DNA of 64,000 nucleotides. Origin: Cirrosporium novae-zelandiae (taxonomy: Eukaryota). The DNA is taken from contig JAPETS010000029.1 of NCBI GenBank assembly GCA_026023565.1, positions 248,001 to 312,000 of the forward strand, in the 5' to 3' direction. The stretch's first letter is position 1. Every line of letters begins with the position of its first letter. The position numbers and the translations under genes were made by a program. Under the pieces are notes generated by a model. That model saw only the letters and a program-made list of their open reading frames with translations, was not told the DNA's origin and did not search any database. Below are positions 13,729 to 24,409 of this stretch, piece after piece.

Positions 13729-13753
13729 GTGTGTGTATGTGTGTGTGTGTGTG
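13729..13753. repeat. (GT)n microsatellite
   Basis: gtgtgtgtatgtgtgtgtgtgtgtg seen directly. Confidence 0.9.
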
Positions 13754-14131
13754 CTAAGCTACTAATAGCGATTCCAAGATTTTTATTTCAAGCAGCGAAA
13801 CAAAAGGTCATGAAAATATAAGAATAAAATGCCGAACAATTATGTGCATATATTTATTTTGATATACTACTCCCATCCTAATCCATCACACAGCGAAGAG
13901 CATTGAGTTTTTTTTTTTTCCAAGAAATTATTATTGACCTTAGTTTACTGTCTTTTTGCCACATATCCACATATTCATATACCCATTTAAACCCAGATTT
14001 TCACATATGAAAAAGTTGGAGCCGCCTTTTTTTTAGAAAGAGAGATATAGAGGAGAGATAGACAAAGATATCTTAACATTTTCCAACTCCAGACACCGAA
14101 CAAATGAGACAGGAAATAAACACAATAGCCC

Positions 14132-17100
14132 CTATCCCGATTTCACCTGAAAGGCCTCCCCAATTCGCCATAACCACCCCCACCTCGAACTTGGCATTGT
14201 CCCCCGCTTATCCTTATCCTGATCCTGATCTCCATCATCCAAGCTGACATCGGTATTGGAGCTGTGCTCCGAAATAGCTAAAGGGGAAAGGAAAGAAGAG
14301 CTCGAAAGGGATGGTGATGTTGTTGAGGTCGGAGGGGATAGGCTATTGGTATTTGTGGTGTTGGTGGAGCTAGATCTATGGGAGCGCGTGTCGTCATCGT
14401 CGTTGTCGTTATTCGGGTTTCGTTTAGCAGAAGCCGAGGTAGTCATTCCCGTTCTCGTAAATGCTTTTGTGGTTGTTATTACTTTTTTCGCTTCTGCTTC
14501 TGCTCTCGTACCACCTGGTCTCAGAATGAACCCGATAGCCTGCAAAGTTTCGATGTTCTTGCAGATGGCAGCTTCGATTCGAGTTTGAGTTTGGATCTGG
14601 GTTTTTGAAACTGCCGGATGCAACTCTTGGGCTGGGGTTATATTAACGTTGTCGGGTTTCTTTGAGCCCTGCGTGCCGAGTGTGAATTCCGGGTTCTCGA
14701 GCATGGACATTACGGACCAGAGGATGTGTTTCTCTTTTTTGCATGCGACATCTTTTTGTAAGAGGATAAGCCATTCTTTGTGCGGTTTTGGTTGGAGGTT
14801 GTAGCCTATTTTGGCGGTAAGGGTGCTCCAAAAGTCCTGGACTGTGAGACCTTGATTGAGAGTTATGGTGTTGTCTTTACCAGAATGGTGGTTATTGTTG
14901 CCCTGACCGAGACAACTTTCAAGGATGGTGCTAGCGACTTGTTCAACATCCATGACCGACAGATATGAATCCGCAGACTCTTGTGGGTATGCGCCGATAT
15001 CTATCACAGCCGTGACAAGCCTCCAGAGAAAATCATCAAGATTTGGGATTCCCTCCTTCGGGGTGCCTATAATGAGACCCGGTCGGACGATAGAAATGCC
15101 GTGTGAAGCGGCAGCAGGCATTTCTGCAAATCTTCTAACTAGCATTTCTGAGACGAACTTGGTTTGGCTGTATCCATTTGCGGAGCTGAGTGTTCTTGTA
15201 AATGAAATATCGTCACCATTTTCATCATCCCGCTGCACACCGCCAGATACGTATGTGAAATTTCCAGGCATCGGCCATGAGCTGACTGCTTCGAGGAGCT
15301 CTAGAGTGGAATCGACGTTGGCCTGTTTTAGGGCCGCGAAGGGGGCCACCCAGTTGACGGCAGCGCCGTTATGGATTATGCAGTTGACTTGTTGGCCAAA
15401 AGGACAGTTGCCTTTCAATATCTCCCACTGATCTGGGGTTAACCCGAGGTTAGGTTCAGCAAGGTCACCTTTCCAGCATTCAAGCTTGGATAGATATTTC
15501 TCTGACCACCATCTTCCCAGTTCTGCTGCCTGAATGACACGACGCAGAGCAGTGCTGTTAGACTCGGCCCGAACATGAACAATGACCTTTTTGACCGTTC
15601 GTTGCTCAAGTAGCTGTCGCAAAATCTGAGATCCAAGGAATCCAGTTGCTCCTGATAGGAAAACAATCATTTGAGGTGGTTCAGGAGTCACACACCGTGA
15701 AGAAAGTTGTGAACAAAGATTTTCAGCCTCCTTGATGAGGTCAAACTTGAAATCCTGATGAGGTTTTGCCCCTTTAGCCGCGCAGATCAATTGAGATAGG
15801 CTCAATACTGTCAGATCCTTGCTATAGAGGGTGTCAACACTGATCTTGACATCGAATTCCCCTTTGATGAAGCTTAAGATGGAGATTATCTGAATGGAAT
15901 CTAGTCCAATCGTTGAAATCATCACATCGCGCCTTCCCAACGCCAAAGAATATTCAACATCTCTTGAATGAAAGAGACTTGCGATCTTATCAGCTAGTTT
16001 CAGAGCTGTATACTCGTGATCTGGAATCATTGGCCGTTTTATGATAACAGAATTTCTGAAATCGCTACTCTCAAAGCGCTTAGTCTTCATTTGTAAGGCC
16101 TGCTGGCGGAGACTCTTTCGATCAATCTTGCCTGATGCTAACACCGGGAGCTCGTTAACACAAAAAAACCTAGAAGGTATCATATAAGACGGCAAGAGCT
16201 GTGCCAATCGGGAGTGCAGCTCGGCATTGTCAAAAGTTTCTGACCCTGTCAACTGTGGCAGAGTGCTCTCAAAGCCGCAGTCTGTAGAGCAGCTATCCAT
16301 ACAAGCAACAAAAGCAACCAAAACTGCTTCTTCGGACCTTTTTGATGCCAAGGCAATTTCAACAGCGACATTTTTAGCGTTCTGAAAGATGTCCCGTAAA
16401 TGATACTCGACCTCACTTAGTTCGATTCTCTGGCCTCGGATCTTTACTTGCGTATCTTTCCGCTCTTCGAAGTTCAATGTTCCATCTGAATTGTATCTCA
16501 CGAGGTCTCCTGTTTTATAGAACCTTCTTTGCTTGGAGTCCGAATTGCGGGCCCATGTTGGATCATGGATAAAAACTTCTGCAGTCTTCTTTGGATTGTC
16601 AAGGTAGCCGCGGGCCAGATGTGGCCCTTCCAAGAGAAGCTGGCCGACTGAACCGATTGGAACCAGTCGATTGTCATCGGTCGGGTCAACAATCCAGGAT
16701 GCACCAACAACTGCTTTACCTATATTTGCAGGATCGGAAGACCTCTTTAGGCCCTTCTGAACGGTACTGACGACAGAGCACTCACTGGGTCCATAGCCGT
16801 TAATTAAACAGACTTTATCAGCCCAAACCTCAATTTGGTCCTTTGCAAGTGCCTCCCCCATCAGAATCAGTGTTCTCAAGCTTGGAACATCGTCGGGACA
16901 AATCTGTCTTGCAAACGATGACGTGAGTGCTGCGAAATTCACTTGCATAGAGCGAATCACACCAACAATATCACCGATTCTATCAGCTTCTGAAGGCATG
17001 CAAATACAGCCACCAGCCATTAGTGTTGATACAATATCCACAATACTTGCGTCAAATGAAGTCGAGGCAAACTGGAGGGCTCGGGAATTAGGTCCTAAAT

Positions 17101-20100
17101 CATATACCTTGATGTGATTTATAGCGTCTACATAGTAGGACTTATGCTCAATGACGACGCCTTTTGGTTGCCCTGTTGAACCGGAGGTGAAAACTATATA
17201 CATTGCATTCTCCGACTTCAGGGGTCTTTTGACGAGCTGATTATCACGTTCAGCCTGTGAGATAGTTATGTTTAATATGTCGTCAGTGAAGCGTCCCGAT
17301 TCAAACGTAGCTGCATTGACGGCCAGAGAATCAACGAGGGTACTTGAGAATCTAGTAAGATATTTCCGTGATAGCATAATGAGAGGAGCCTTTGTCTGTT
17401 GAATAATAGATTCCAATCGTTTAGTCGGATATGAGGGGTCGAGTAACACGAAGCAGCCCCCAGCCTTCATAACTGCTAGCAAGGCCACAATTGTCCAAAG
17501 AGACTTGTCAAAGCATAGAGGTACAATAACTTCAGGCCCAACACACCATTGTATAGTTAGTTGACTGGCCAGCTGCCCAGACAGGCGGTCAAGATCAGCA
17601 TACGACAGTTCTCCATCCCAAGAGCATATTGCAACCGCATTGGGTCTCTCATTAGTTCGTCTTTCGATTTCATGATGACTGAAGCTAGTGAAGTCCTCTT
17701 GGGCTTGAGGGTTTTCATTCCATGTCTTGCACTCTTCCAGATCTCTCGGATTAATACAGCTAACCTCCCTAAGTGTCTTGCTAGAATTTTTGGGACAAAG
17801 TTGCTGTATAACGTGTTCAAATTGATACAAAATTCGCATCGCTTGCTCTTGGTCAATGACACTGCTATCAAAAGTAGAAGTAAACTTGATATCATTTTTT
17901 GAAAGTGCGCATTGTATGGTCAAGGCGTATGTGTCGAAATTCGCCTGGCTTGCTGAACTATCACAGGATAACCAAGAAGAATTAGAATTAAGAAATGCTT
18001 GAACTTCCGGGGGTTGGATGACTAAAAGATTCTGAAAATTGCAGGCGGATTGAACCTTAGGTCCCAGTTGTTTGATTTCCCAAAGTCCGATGTGTTCGAA
18101 TTCAATCATGTCGATGAACTTTTTTTGGACACTATCCAAATAAGATGCAACCGTCTGTTCATAGTTCATCTGGATTCGCACTGGAACTGTAGATAGGGTT
18201 GGACCTGCCAAATTTTCGATCCCCTTGATAGGCCTATTTCGGCCATTCAGGACTGTTCCATAAACTACATCATTTGAGTCTAGGTAATTAGCTATTACCA
18301 AGCCCCAAGCTCCCTGGATTACTGTTGACATAGTAAAGGCAGATGATGCTTCGTTGATCACAGTTCGATGCTTTATCATTCTATCTGCATTGGGTTTGTG
18401 GTCCACCCTTCGAGGATTTGGAAAAGAGAGTGTATTGGCACCAGACAGCTGAGTGGTCCAGAAAGATTCGCAAGCGGTGTTTTGTGTACGTCTTGCGTGT
18501 TCGATAAAGCATTTGAATGAAAGCCTGCGAGGCAAATCAATCCCAAAATAGGCTCGTTCAATGTCTTCCATGATAAGGCGCAAGGACCACCCATCATATT
18601 GACTATGATGTGCAGTCCAAACAAAATATATTTGCTGGCCCTCTGTTACGAGCGCAAGACGTGATAATGGTCCACCAAACTGTATTTGAATATTCCTATC
18701 CGTAGTTAGGTAAGAATCAAGGTTCTGTTCAGTCAACCACCTTAAAGGGTGATCTTTTAGAACAACTTGAACGGCACCGTTTCCTGACTCAAGCTCAATG
18801 ATCCGTGTTCTTAACAAGGCGTTTGACCGTGCAACGGTTTCCCACGATTCACGGAATCTTTCGAGATCTATATTAGCTGGGAGTTTAAAGACATGTTGAG
18901 CAACATATGATCCTGGAGAAGTCATGGATAGTGCAAGCAAACCTCGCTGAAGGGGAGTGCAGGGATATATATCTTCAATAGAACTGACGGATACGTTGCA
19001 TTGTCTAGATGCATCCAAAGTTGTATCTGTGATAGAGTTGCTATCAAGCAAAGCAAAAGTCTCGATATTATTATCGTCCTGCATATATGCAGGTGGGCTA
19101 ATGAGGGCTATTTCACGAGCGAGATGTAATAGCCTCGGATTTTGGAAGATATTTGCAACTGTAAAGAACAAGCCCTCTCTACGCGCCAATGACGCCAGCC
19201 TCATTGCAGTTATTGAGTCACCGCTTAGCTCGAAAAAGCTATCCTCGACCCCAATTGATTCGGGAGGAAGGTTTAACACACTCGCCCAGAGCTGCTGTAG
19301 CATTTTCTCCGTTGTTGTGGATGGCGATTTCTTTCCGCCTCTAGACTCACGCTCCGAGATGGAAGCTAGGATCTCGGCGGGAATAGTGAAAGCAAGTTGT
19401 CGTAGTCTACGGCGATCGGTTTTACCACTATTCATAATCGAAATCCTGGAGATTGGTATAAATATGGAGGGAATCATATGGGCTGGTAATGAATGTGATA
19501 GGGAGGTTCTTAGCTCCTTGATAATGGTCTCGAAACATTCATTGGGTATGTGATCGGTAGTTGCTTCCATTTCACTCTCATCAATGCCGGGCCCTATGGA
19601 GTCTCGGTCCCCAGATATAAAAGCAGCAAGTTTTGAGGGTGCATATAAGTTTGAGTCCAACTGAGAATTTCCTGTGGAACTGTTGCTTTTACTCGGCTGG
19701 AGCCTGATCACGTCTGCGACAACATTTAGGTTTGTCGGTAAATTAAGTCTTAGATGGTATTCCACCTCTTCGAGCTCAATTCGCTGGCCTGACAATTTGA
19801 CTTGTGCATCCTTTCGTCCTACATAGCATATCCTCCCGTCGGAGTCGTAACGAGTTAAATCGCCTGTCCGGTATATGCGGAGGGGATCCCGAGACCCGTT
19901 TAGAGTCGGTGTAAATGGACTTTCAATAAATAAATGGGATGTTTTTTCTGGGTCTTTGATATATCCGCGAGCAAGGGTCAAGCTTTCCACAACAAGCTCA
20001 CCTATGGCACCAATTGGACAGAGTCGAGTTGTATCTGGTTCTACAATCCAACAGTTCCCCCCCACTGGGTGACCAATGGCGCCTGTAGCAATTGATTCCG

Positions 20101-23100
20101 GGGTGGTTATATCTCCAACAACACAAACAACACATGTCTCAGTTGGCCCATATCCATTCATCATTTGAACATGACCAGCCCATTGCTCAACGACGTCTTT
20201 TGTTATTGCTTCCCCTACAAACACAATTTTCTGTAGGGTTGGAACTTCTTTAGGTTTCAAGAGTCGTGCAACTGTGGGCGTGAGCAGGGAAAAGTTCACG
20301 CTAGCTGAATGGATAAATCCAGCGAGGTTATTCAGTCGTTGTGTCTCCGATGGTATGCACACACAGCCCCCATAAATCAAGGTAGTGAGGATTTCGGCAA
20401 TACAGGCGTCAAATGTAAAGTTGGAGAATTGCAACATGCGTGTTTCGGGTCCGATTCCCATTACCTCTCCATGCTTAATTGCGCTCAAGCATAATGCCTT
20501 GTGCTCAACAACAACTCCTTTGGGCACGCCAGTACTCCCAGAAGTAAACATAATATATGCAGCTTGGTAAGAATTCATGGGAGTATTAGGGGATTTAATA
20601 GCTGGCGAAACAAAAAGGCTGTTAATAAATTCTAAATCAATAACAATTCTCTTCACTCCAATGGTCGCTAAAGCAGCGGGGCATTGTGATGATGTCAGGA
20701 CAATATTTGCTTCAACTTGAGTTATTATAAATTCAAGACGACTTTTTGGATGCGATGGATCAAGAGGTACGAAGGCTCCCCCAGATTTCATAATTGCTAT
20801 CATTGCAACAACAGCCCATCCAGATTTCTCAAAGCATATAGGAACAAATGTTTCTGAGCCTATGCCCAAACTTGTAAGATAATCCGCTAAAACGGTTGAG
20901 AGTTTATCGAGTTCACTAAAGGTCAAATCGCCATCAGTTGAAGTTATGGCTTTAGCATTAGGGCGACTCAAAGCTGGGCGAAGAATTAATTCATGAGCAA
21001 GAGCTTCTATCGTCTCTGGTGGATTCATCGAGTTCCATGTGGCGAGGGTTTGTTTATCTTCGGGGCTAATTGTTTCAATATCTTCGATGCTCCTTGTAGG
21101 TTCCTCAAGGCATAGTTGATGTATGATATGTTCAAACTGGCCAAGCATTCTTTCCAGCTGTTCTGGTTCAACTATAGCTGTATCGAACATAGCAACAGCC
21201 TTTGCCCCAAAGTGTGTCAGCTCGCAAGCTAGGGTTAAGGGATATGTTGTATAATCCAACATATCCGTGGGATTTAGATCTAGCCCAATCTGGCTATCCT
21301 TTTCCTCCGAGGCCTTCTTTGGGTGTATGACAAGCAAATTTCGAAAGGACAATGCCTCCGTCTCGGAGTTAATTTTCGTGATATTCTGAAGACCAAAATG
21401 CTCAAAAGGAGTCATTTCCGTATATTGTGCTTGGAGTTCATGGAGGAATCTATTAACCTTTTTTGAGGGATCCACGTGAAATAGTATTGGTACAGTAGCT
21501 ATTGTTGGTCCTGATATCTCGGTAATCCCAATCACTGGTATGTCCCGGCCGCTCATAGTTTCGCCGAATACAGTCATTTCGGAATTAGTATAGCGGGCCA
21601 GCAGTAAACCCCAAGCAGTTCGGACCACCGTAGGGACTGTTATTGGCGAGCTCTGCTTCGAGAAATATAGATCCCGTCTCCGGTAGGCGTTAGCGACTGA
21701 TCGGTATCCAGTCAGTGGAGGTGTGGGAAACGTTGAAGGGATACCACGACCTGCTTGGTTCTTCCAGTATTCACGGCATGCCTGCACATCCATTTGACTC
21801 AAGTGATTAACAAACCGATTGAAGTTGGGAGCTCTGTTCAGCCTTGAACTATGATACATTTGTTCAACTGATTTCAAAAGAAGTGCGATTGACCACCCAT
21901 CGAAAATAGAATGATGAGCTGTCCACACAAAGAAATTTTGAGTCCCAGTCTTAACAATTGCATAGCGAGTCAAGAGCTTGATCAATTCCATTGGGATTTG
22001 TTTATCCTGCTGGAGGAATGAGTCCAGGTCTTTGGATTGCCTCCATCTAATTTGGTCTCTGGCAACAACTTGGAATAAACGCGTTGTCTGTACCTGTACC
22101 AGCCTCGTTCGGAGGATGGGATTATATTCGTAGATAGAATCCCACGCAACGCGAAATCTCTGTAAATCAATACCAACAGGTATTTCAAATACATGCTGAG
22201 TAACATATGCCCCTGATTGTTTCGCCGATAACACTAGGAGCGCCTCTTGCAAGGGGGTTGAAGGGTAAATGTCTTCAATTTCAGTCACATTAAGACCACA
22301 TTGGAAAGCAACATTACTCCGAATCTCCTCTACGTTTCCATCTAAAAGGGCTAATGGAGCAATCTCAGCTATTTCGCAAAGGGGACAAGCTACCAGGGCT
22401 CGCGCCAGGACTTCAATCTGAGGATTTTGAAATATCTCTGCAACGGTGAGTGACAGTCCTTGTGCTCGCAGAGCTGCAACAATTTTCATTGCAGTAACGG
22501 AGTCGCCGCCACAAGCAAAGAAATCTTGATCGATACCGATATTATGACCATCCAGACCTAGAAACTGTGACCAAAGGCGATGTAATATTAATTCATTATC
22601 CGTTGAGGGCTGTTTTGTATTCTCGAGGGGGCCCATTAAGGAGAGAAGCTGTTTAGTTGATAACTGAGAAGCATTTCTCACAATCTGTTTTCTGTCTGTC
22701 TTACCAGAATACGTTTGGGGCATCGCGTTTAAAGCCACAAACATCGTCGGGACCATATAAGCAGGAAGGGAACGGCGCAGGAATACTTTAAGTTGCGGTA
22801 GTTCTGTTTGCAAGAGGTACCTCATTTCGGATGTAGTTCCATTAACATCCCGCTCAGTCCCTGGAACATCTTCAACGCATATAAATGCGACCAGAATGTT
22901 GTTAGCTTCTTCTTCACATGGTGTTACAATATCGACCATCACGTCACGAGCTTTCGGTAGACCTCGTCGCAGATGATACTCGATTTCGCCGAGTTCGATG
23001 CGCTGACCTCGAAGTTTGATTTGCGTATCTATCCGCCCGACATAGCGAATAGTTCCATCCGCAGACCCTTGGACCAAGTCCCCAGTTCTATAGAAGCGAG

Positions 23101-24409
23101 TTGACCCCATTTTGTCATTAAACCAGGATGGGCTTTGAATAAAAGCTGTTTCTGTCTTGGCCTTATCGTTGAGATATCCTGTTGCTAAAGTAGGTCCGCC
23201 TATCAACAGCTCCCCAGTAGCACCAACTGGAAGAAGCTCGTCAGGATTTTCGGGGTTCGTAATCCAGCATGTTCCACCAACCGCAGTACCAATCACTTTC
23301 GGATCACGGGAGGTTTCTCCAAATGAAAACATTACGCAGAAAACGCAACATTCTGTTGGCCCATATCCATTTATCAATTTTCTCCCCATCCATGTATTAA
23401 CGATGTCTTTAGATATGGCTTCTCCACCAACAACAAGTGTTTCGAGATGGGGGACTTCCTCCGGTCTAAGGAGCCTGACCATAGTAGGCGTGAAAAATGC
23501 CCAGGTGATACTTGCAGAGTTGATATAGCCCGCAAGATTATTCATGCGGTCAAAATCAGAAGGAATGCAGATACAACCTCCATAGATGAGGGCAGTAATA
23601 ATCTCAGCAATACTTGCATCAAAAACATAATTGGCAAACTGCAAAACCCGGCTTTTACGACTGAATCCCATCGCCCGACCATGCGCTATAGTACTGGAGC
23701 AGACCGCTGAATGCTGAAGAATCACCCCTTTAGGCGTTCCCGTGCTTCCAGAAGTGAAAATAACATAAACAGCATTATCTGGTTGTACGACAATAGAATT
23801 CAAAGTAACGAGATCCAGATCATATGGTTGCGGGATAGCTCCCATCGATGAGCTATCAACCACCACGACATCTAGATCCAGATGTTCGAGTAATTGTGAG
23901 GTTTTGCATGATGAGAGAATGATGTTGGTTTTCAGTTCAGAAATGATGTGTGCTATTCTGCTAGGGGGGTGGGAAGGATCAAGTGGAACGAATGCTCCGC
24001 CAGCCTTCATAACGGCCATTATTGCCACAATCATCCATTTTGACTTTTCGAAGCAAAGTGGAACATATGTCTCTGGTCCTACATCTTTAACGGTTGCAAG
24101 ATAAAAAGTCAACCTAGATGAAAGATCATCGAGTTCCTTGTATGAGAGTTCTCCGTCCCAAGAACTTACAGCAGGCGATGCTGGGTCGTTTTGGAGCTGT
24201 TTGGAAATCAGATGATGTACGCAGTCATATATCGACTTTGGTTTGGTAGAGTTCCATCCCCATAGCTGCATTTCAGGTCCCGGACAAAAACCACATGCCT
24301 CACTCGGGTCGAGTTTTGAAGTACTATCAGGAGTTATGGATTGTGGAGGATTCGTCTCAGTGTGGAGCTCAAGGAGGGATAAAGGTTGAGGGGAAGCGTG
24401 GAGCGCCAT
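14132..24409 (-). CDS. Trimodular non-ribosomal peptide synthetase, A-T-C-A-T-C-A-T-R, 3425 aa, intronless
   Basis: Three A domains (FTSGSTGxPKG, NGYGP[TS]E, [RK]TGDL). T domains GGDS (about 22500), SGDS (about 19220) and GLDS (about 15900). C domains HHSIFDG (about 21900) and HHSQYDG (about 18600). Terminal reductase with GATGFLG (about 15640) and YSQTK (about 15165). Confidence 0.97.
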   Translation of the reverse strand: MALHASPQPLSLLELHTETNPPQSITPDSTSKLDPSEACGFCPGPEMQLWGWNSTKPKSIYDCVHHLISKQLQNDPASPAVSSWDGELSYKELDDLSSRLTFYLATVKDVGPETYVPLCFEKSKWMIVAIMAVMKAGGAFVPLDPSHPPSRIAHIISELKTNIILSSCKTSQLLEHLDLDVVVVDSSSMGAIPQPYDLDLVTLNSIVVQPDNAVYVIFTSGSTGTPKGVILQHSAVCSSTIAHGRAMGFSRKSRVLQFANYVFDASIAEIITALIYGGCICIPSDFDRMNNLAGYINSASITWAFFTPTMVRLLRPEEVPHLETLVVGGEAISKDIVNTWMGRKLINGYGPTECCVFCVMFSFGETSRDPKVIGTAVGGTCWITNPENPDELLPVGATGELLIGGPTLATGYLNDKAKTETAFIQSPSWFNDKMGSTRFYRTGDLVQGSADGTIRYVGRIDTQIKLRGQRIELGEIEYHLRRGLPKARDVMVDIVTPCEEEANNILVAFICVEDVPGTERDVNGTTSEMRYLLQTELPQLKVFLRRSLPAYMVPTMFVALNAMPQTYSGKTDRKQIVRNASQLSTKQLLSLMGPLENTKQPSTDNELILHRLWSQFLGLDGHNIGIDQDFFACGGDSVTAMKIVAALRAQGLSLTVAEIFQNPQIEVLARALVACPLCEIAEIAPLALLDGNVEEIRSNVAFQCGLNVTEIEDIYPSTPLQEALLVLSAKQSGAYVTQHVFEIPVGIDLQRFRVAWDSIYEYNPILRTRLVQVQTTRLFQVVARDQIRWRQSKDLDSFLQQDKQIPMELIKLLTRYAIVKTGTQNFFVWTAHHSIFDGWSIALLLKSVEQMYHSSRLNRAPNFNRFVNHLSQMDVQACREYWKNQAGRGIPSTFPTPPLTGYRSVANAYRRRDLYFSKQSSPITVPTVVRTAWGLLLARYTNSEMTVFGETMSGRDIPVIGITEISGPTIATVPILFHVDPSKKVNRFLHELQAQYTEMTPFEHFGLQNITKINSETEALSFRNLLVIHPKKASEEKDSQIGLDLNPTDMLDYTTYPLTLACELTHFGAKAVAMFDTAIVEPEQLERMLGQFEHIIHQLCLEEPTRSIEDIETISPEDKQTLATWNSMNPPETIEALAHELILRPALSRPNAKAITSTDGDLTFSELDKLSTVLADYLTSLGIGSETFVPICFEKSGWAVVAMIAIMKSGGAFVPLDPSHPKSRLEFIITQVEANIVLTSSQCPAALATIGVKRIVIDLEFINSLFVSPAIKSPNTPMNSYQAAYIMFTSGSTGVPKGVVVEHKALCLSAIKHGEVMGIGPETRMLQFSNFTFDACIAEILTTLIYGGCVCIPSETQRLNNLAGFIHSASVNFSLLTPTVARLLKPKEVPTLQKIVFVGEAITKDVVEQWAGHVQMMNGYGPTETCVVCVVGDITTPESIATGAIGHPVGGNCWIVEPDTTRLCPIGAIGELVVESLTLARGYIKDPEKTSHLFIESPFTPTLNGSRDPLRIYRTGDLTRYDSDGRICYVGRKDAQVKLSGQRIELEEVEYHLRLNLPTNLNVVADVIRLQPSKSNSSTGNSQLDSNLYAPSKLAAFISGDRDSIGPGIDESEMEATTDHIPNECFETIIKELRTSLSHSLPAHMIPSIFIPISRISIMNSGKTDRRRLRQLAFTIPAEILASISERESRGGKKSPSTTTEKMLQQLWASVLNLPPESIGVEDSFFELSGDSITAMRLASLARREGLFFTVANIFQNPRLLHLAREIALISPPAYMQDDNNIETFALLDSNSITDTTLDASRQCNVSVSSIEDIYPCTPLQRGLLALSMTSPGSYVAQHVFKLPANIDLERFRESWETVARSNALLRTRIIELESGNGAVQVVLKDHPLRWLTEQNLDSYLTTDRNIQIQFGGPLSRLALVTEGQQIYFVWTAHHSQYDGWSLRLIMEDIERAYFGIDLPRRLSFKCFIEHARRTQNTACESFWTTQLSGANTLSFPNPRRVDHKPNADRMIKHRTVINEASSAFTMSTVIQGAWGLVIANYLDSNDVVYGTVLNGRNRPIKGIENLAGPTLSTVPVRIQMNYEQTVASYLDSVQKKFIDMIEFEHIGLWEIKQLGPKVQSACNFQNLLVIQPPEVQAFLNSNSSWLSCDSSASQANFDTYALTIQCALSKNDIKFTSTFDSSVIDQEQAMRILYQFEHVIQQLCPKNSSKTLREVSCINPRDLEECKTWNENPQAQEDFTSFSHHEIERRTNERPNAVAICSWDGELSYADLDRLSGQLASQLTIQWCVGPEVIVPLCFDKSLWTIVALLAVMKAGGCFVLLDPSYPTKRLESIIQQTKAPLIMLSRKYLTRFSSTLVDSLAVNAATFESGRFTDDILNITISQAERDNQLVKRPLKSENAMYIVFTSGSTGQPKGVVIEHKSYYVDAINHIKVYDLGPNSRALQFASTSFDASIVDIVSTLMAGGCICMPSEADRIGDIVGVIRSMQVNFAALTSSFARQICPDDVPSLRTLILMGEALAKDQIEVWADKVCLINGYGPSECSVVSTVQKGLKRSSDPANIGKAVVGASWIVDPTDDNRLVPIGSVGQLLLEGPHLARGYLDNPKKTAEVFIHDPTWARNSDSKQRRFYKTGDLVRYNSDGTLNFEERKDTQVKIRGQRIELSEVEYHLRDIFQNAKNVAVEIALASKRSEEAVLVAFVACMDSCSTDCGFESTLPQLTGSETFDNAELHSRLAQLLPSYMIPSRFFCVNELPVLASGKIDRKSLRQQALQMKTKRFESSDFRNSVIIKRPMIPDHEYTALKLADKIASLFHSRDVEYSLALGRRDVMISTIGLDSIQIISILSFIKGEFDVKISVDTLYSKDLTVLSLSQLICAAKGAKPHQDFKFDLIKEAENLCSQLSSRCVTPEPPQMIVFLSGATGFLGSQILRQLLEQRTVKKVIVHVRAESNSTALRRVIQAAELGRWWSEKYLSKLECWKGDLAEPNLGLTPDQWEILKGNCPFGQQVNCIIHNGAAVNWVAPFAALKQANVDSTLELLEAVSSWPMPGNFTYVSGGVQRDDENGDDISFTRTLSSANGYSQTKFVSEMLVRRFAEMPAAASHGISIVRPGLIIGTPKEGIPNLDDFLWRLVTAVIDIGAYPQESADSYLSVMDVEQVASTILESCLGQGNNNHHSGKDNTITLNQGLTVQDFWSTLTAKIGYNLQPKPHKEWLILLQKDVACKKEKHILWSVMSMLENPEFTLGTQGSKKPDNVNITPAQELHPAVSKTQIQTQTRIEAAICKNIETLQAIGFILRPGGTRAEAEAKKVITTTKAFTRTGMTTSASAKRNPNNDNDDDDTRSHRSSSTNTTNTNSLSPPTSTTSPSLSSSSFLSPLAISEHSSNTDVSLDDGDQDQDKDKRGTMPSSRWGWLWRIGEAFQVKSG

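Noticed and set aside
14256..24104. Many 60-200 aa ORFs overlapping the NRPS
   Set aside because: Antisense or off-frame by-products of the long NRPS ORF.
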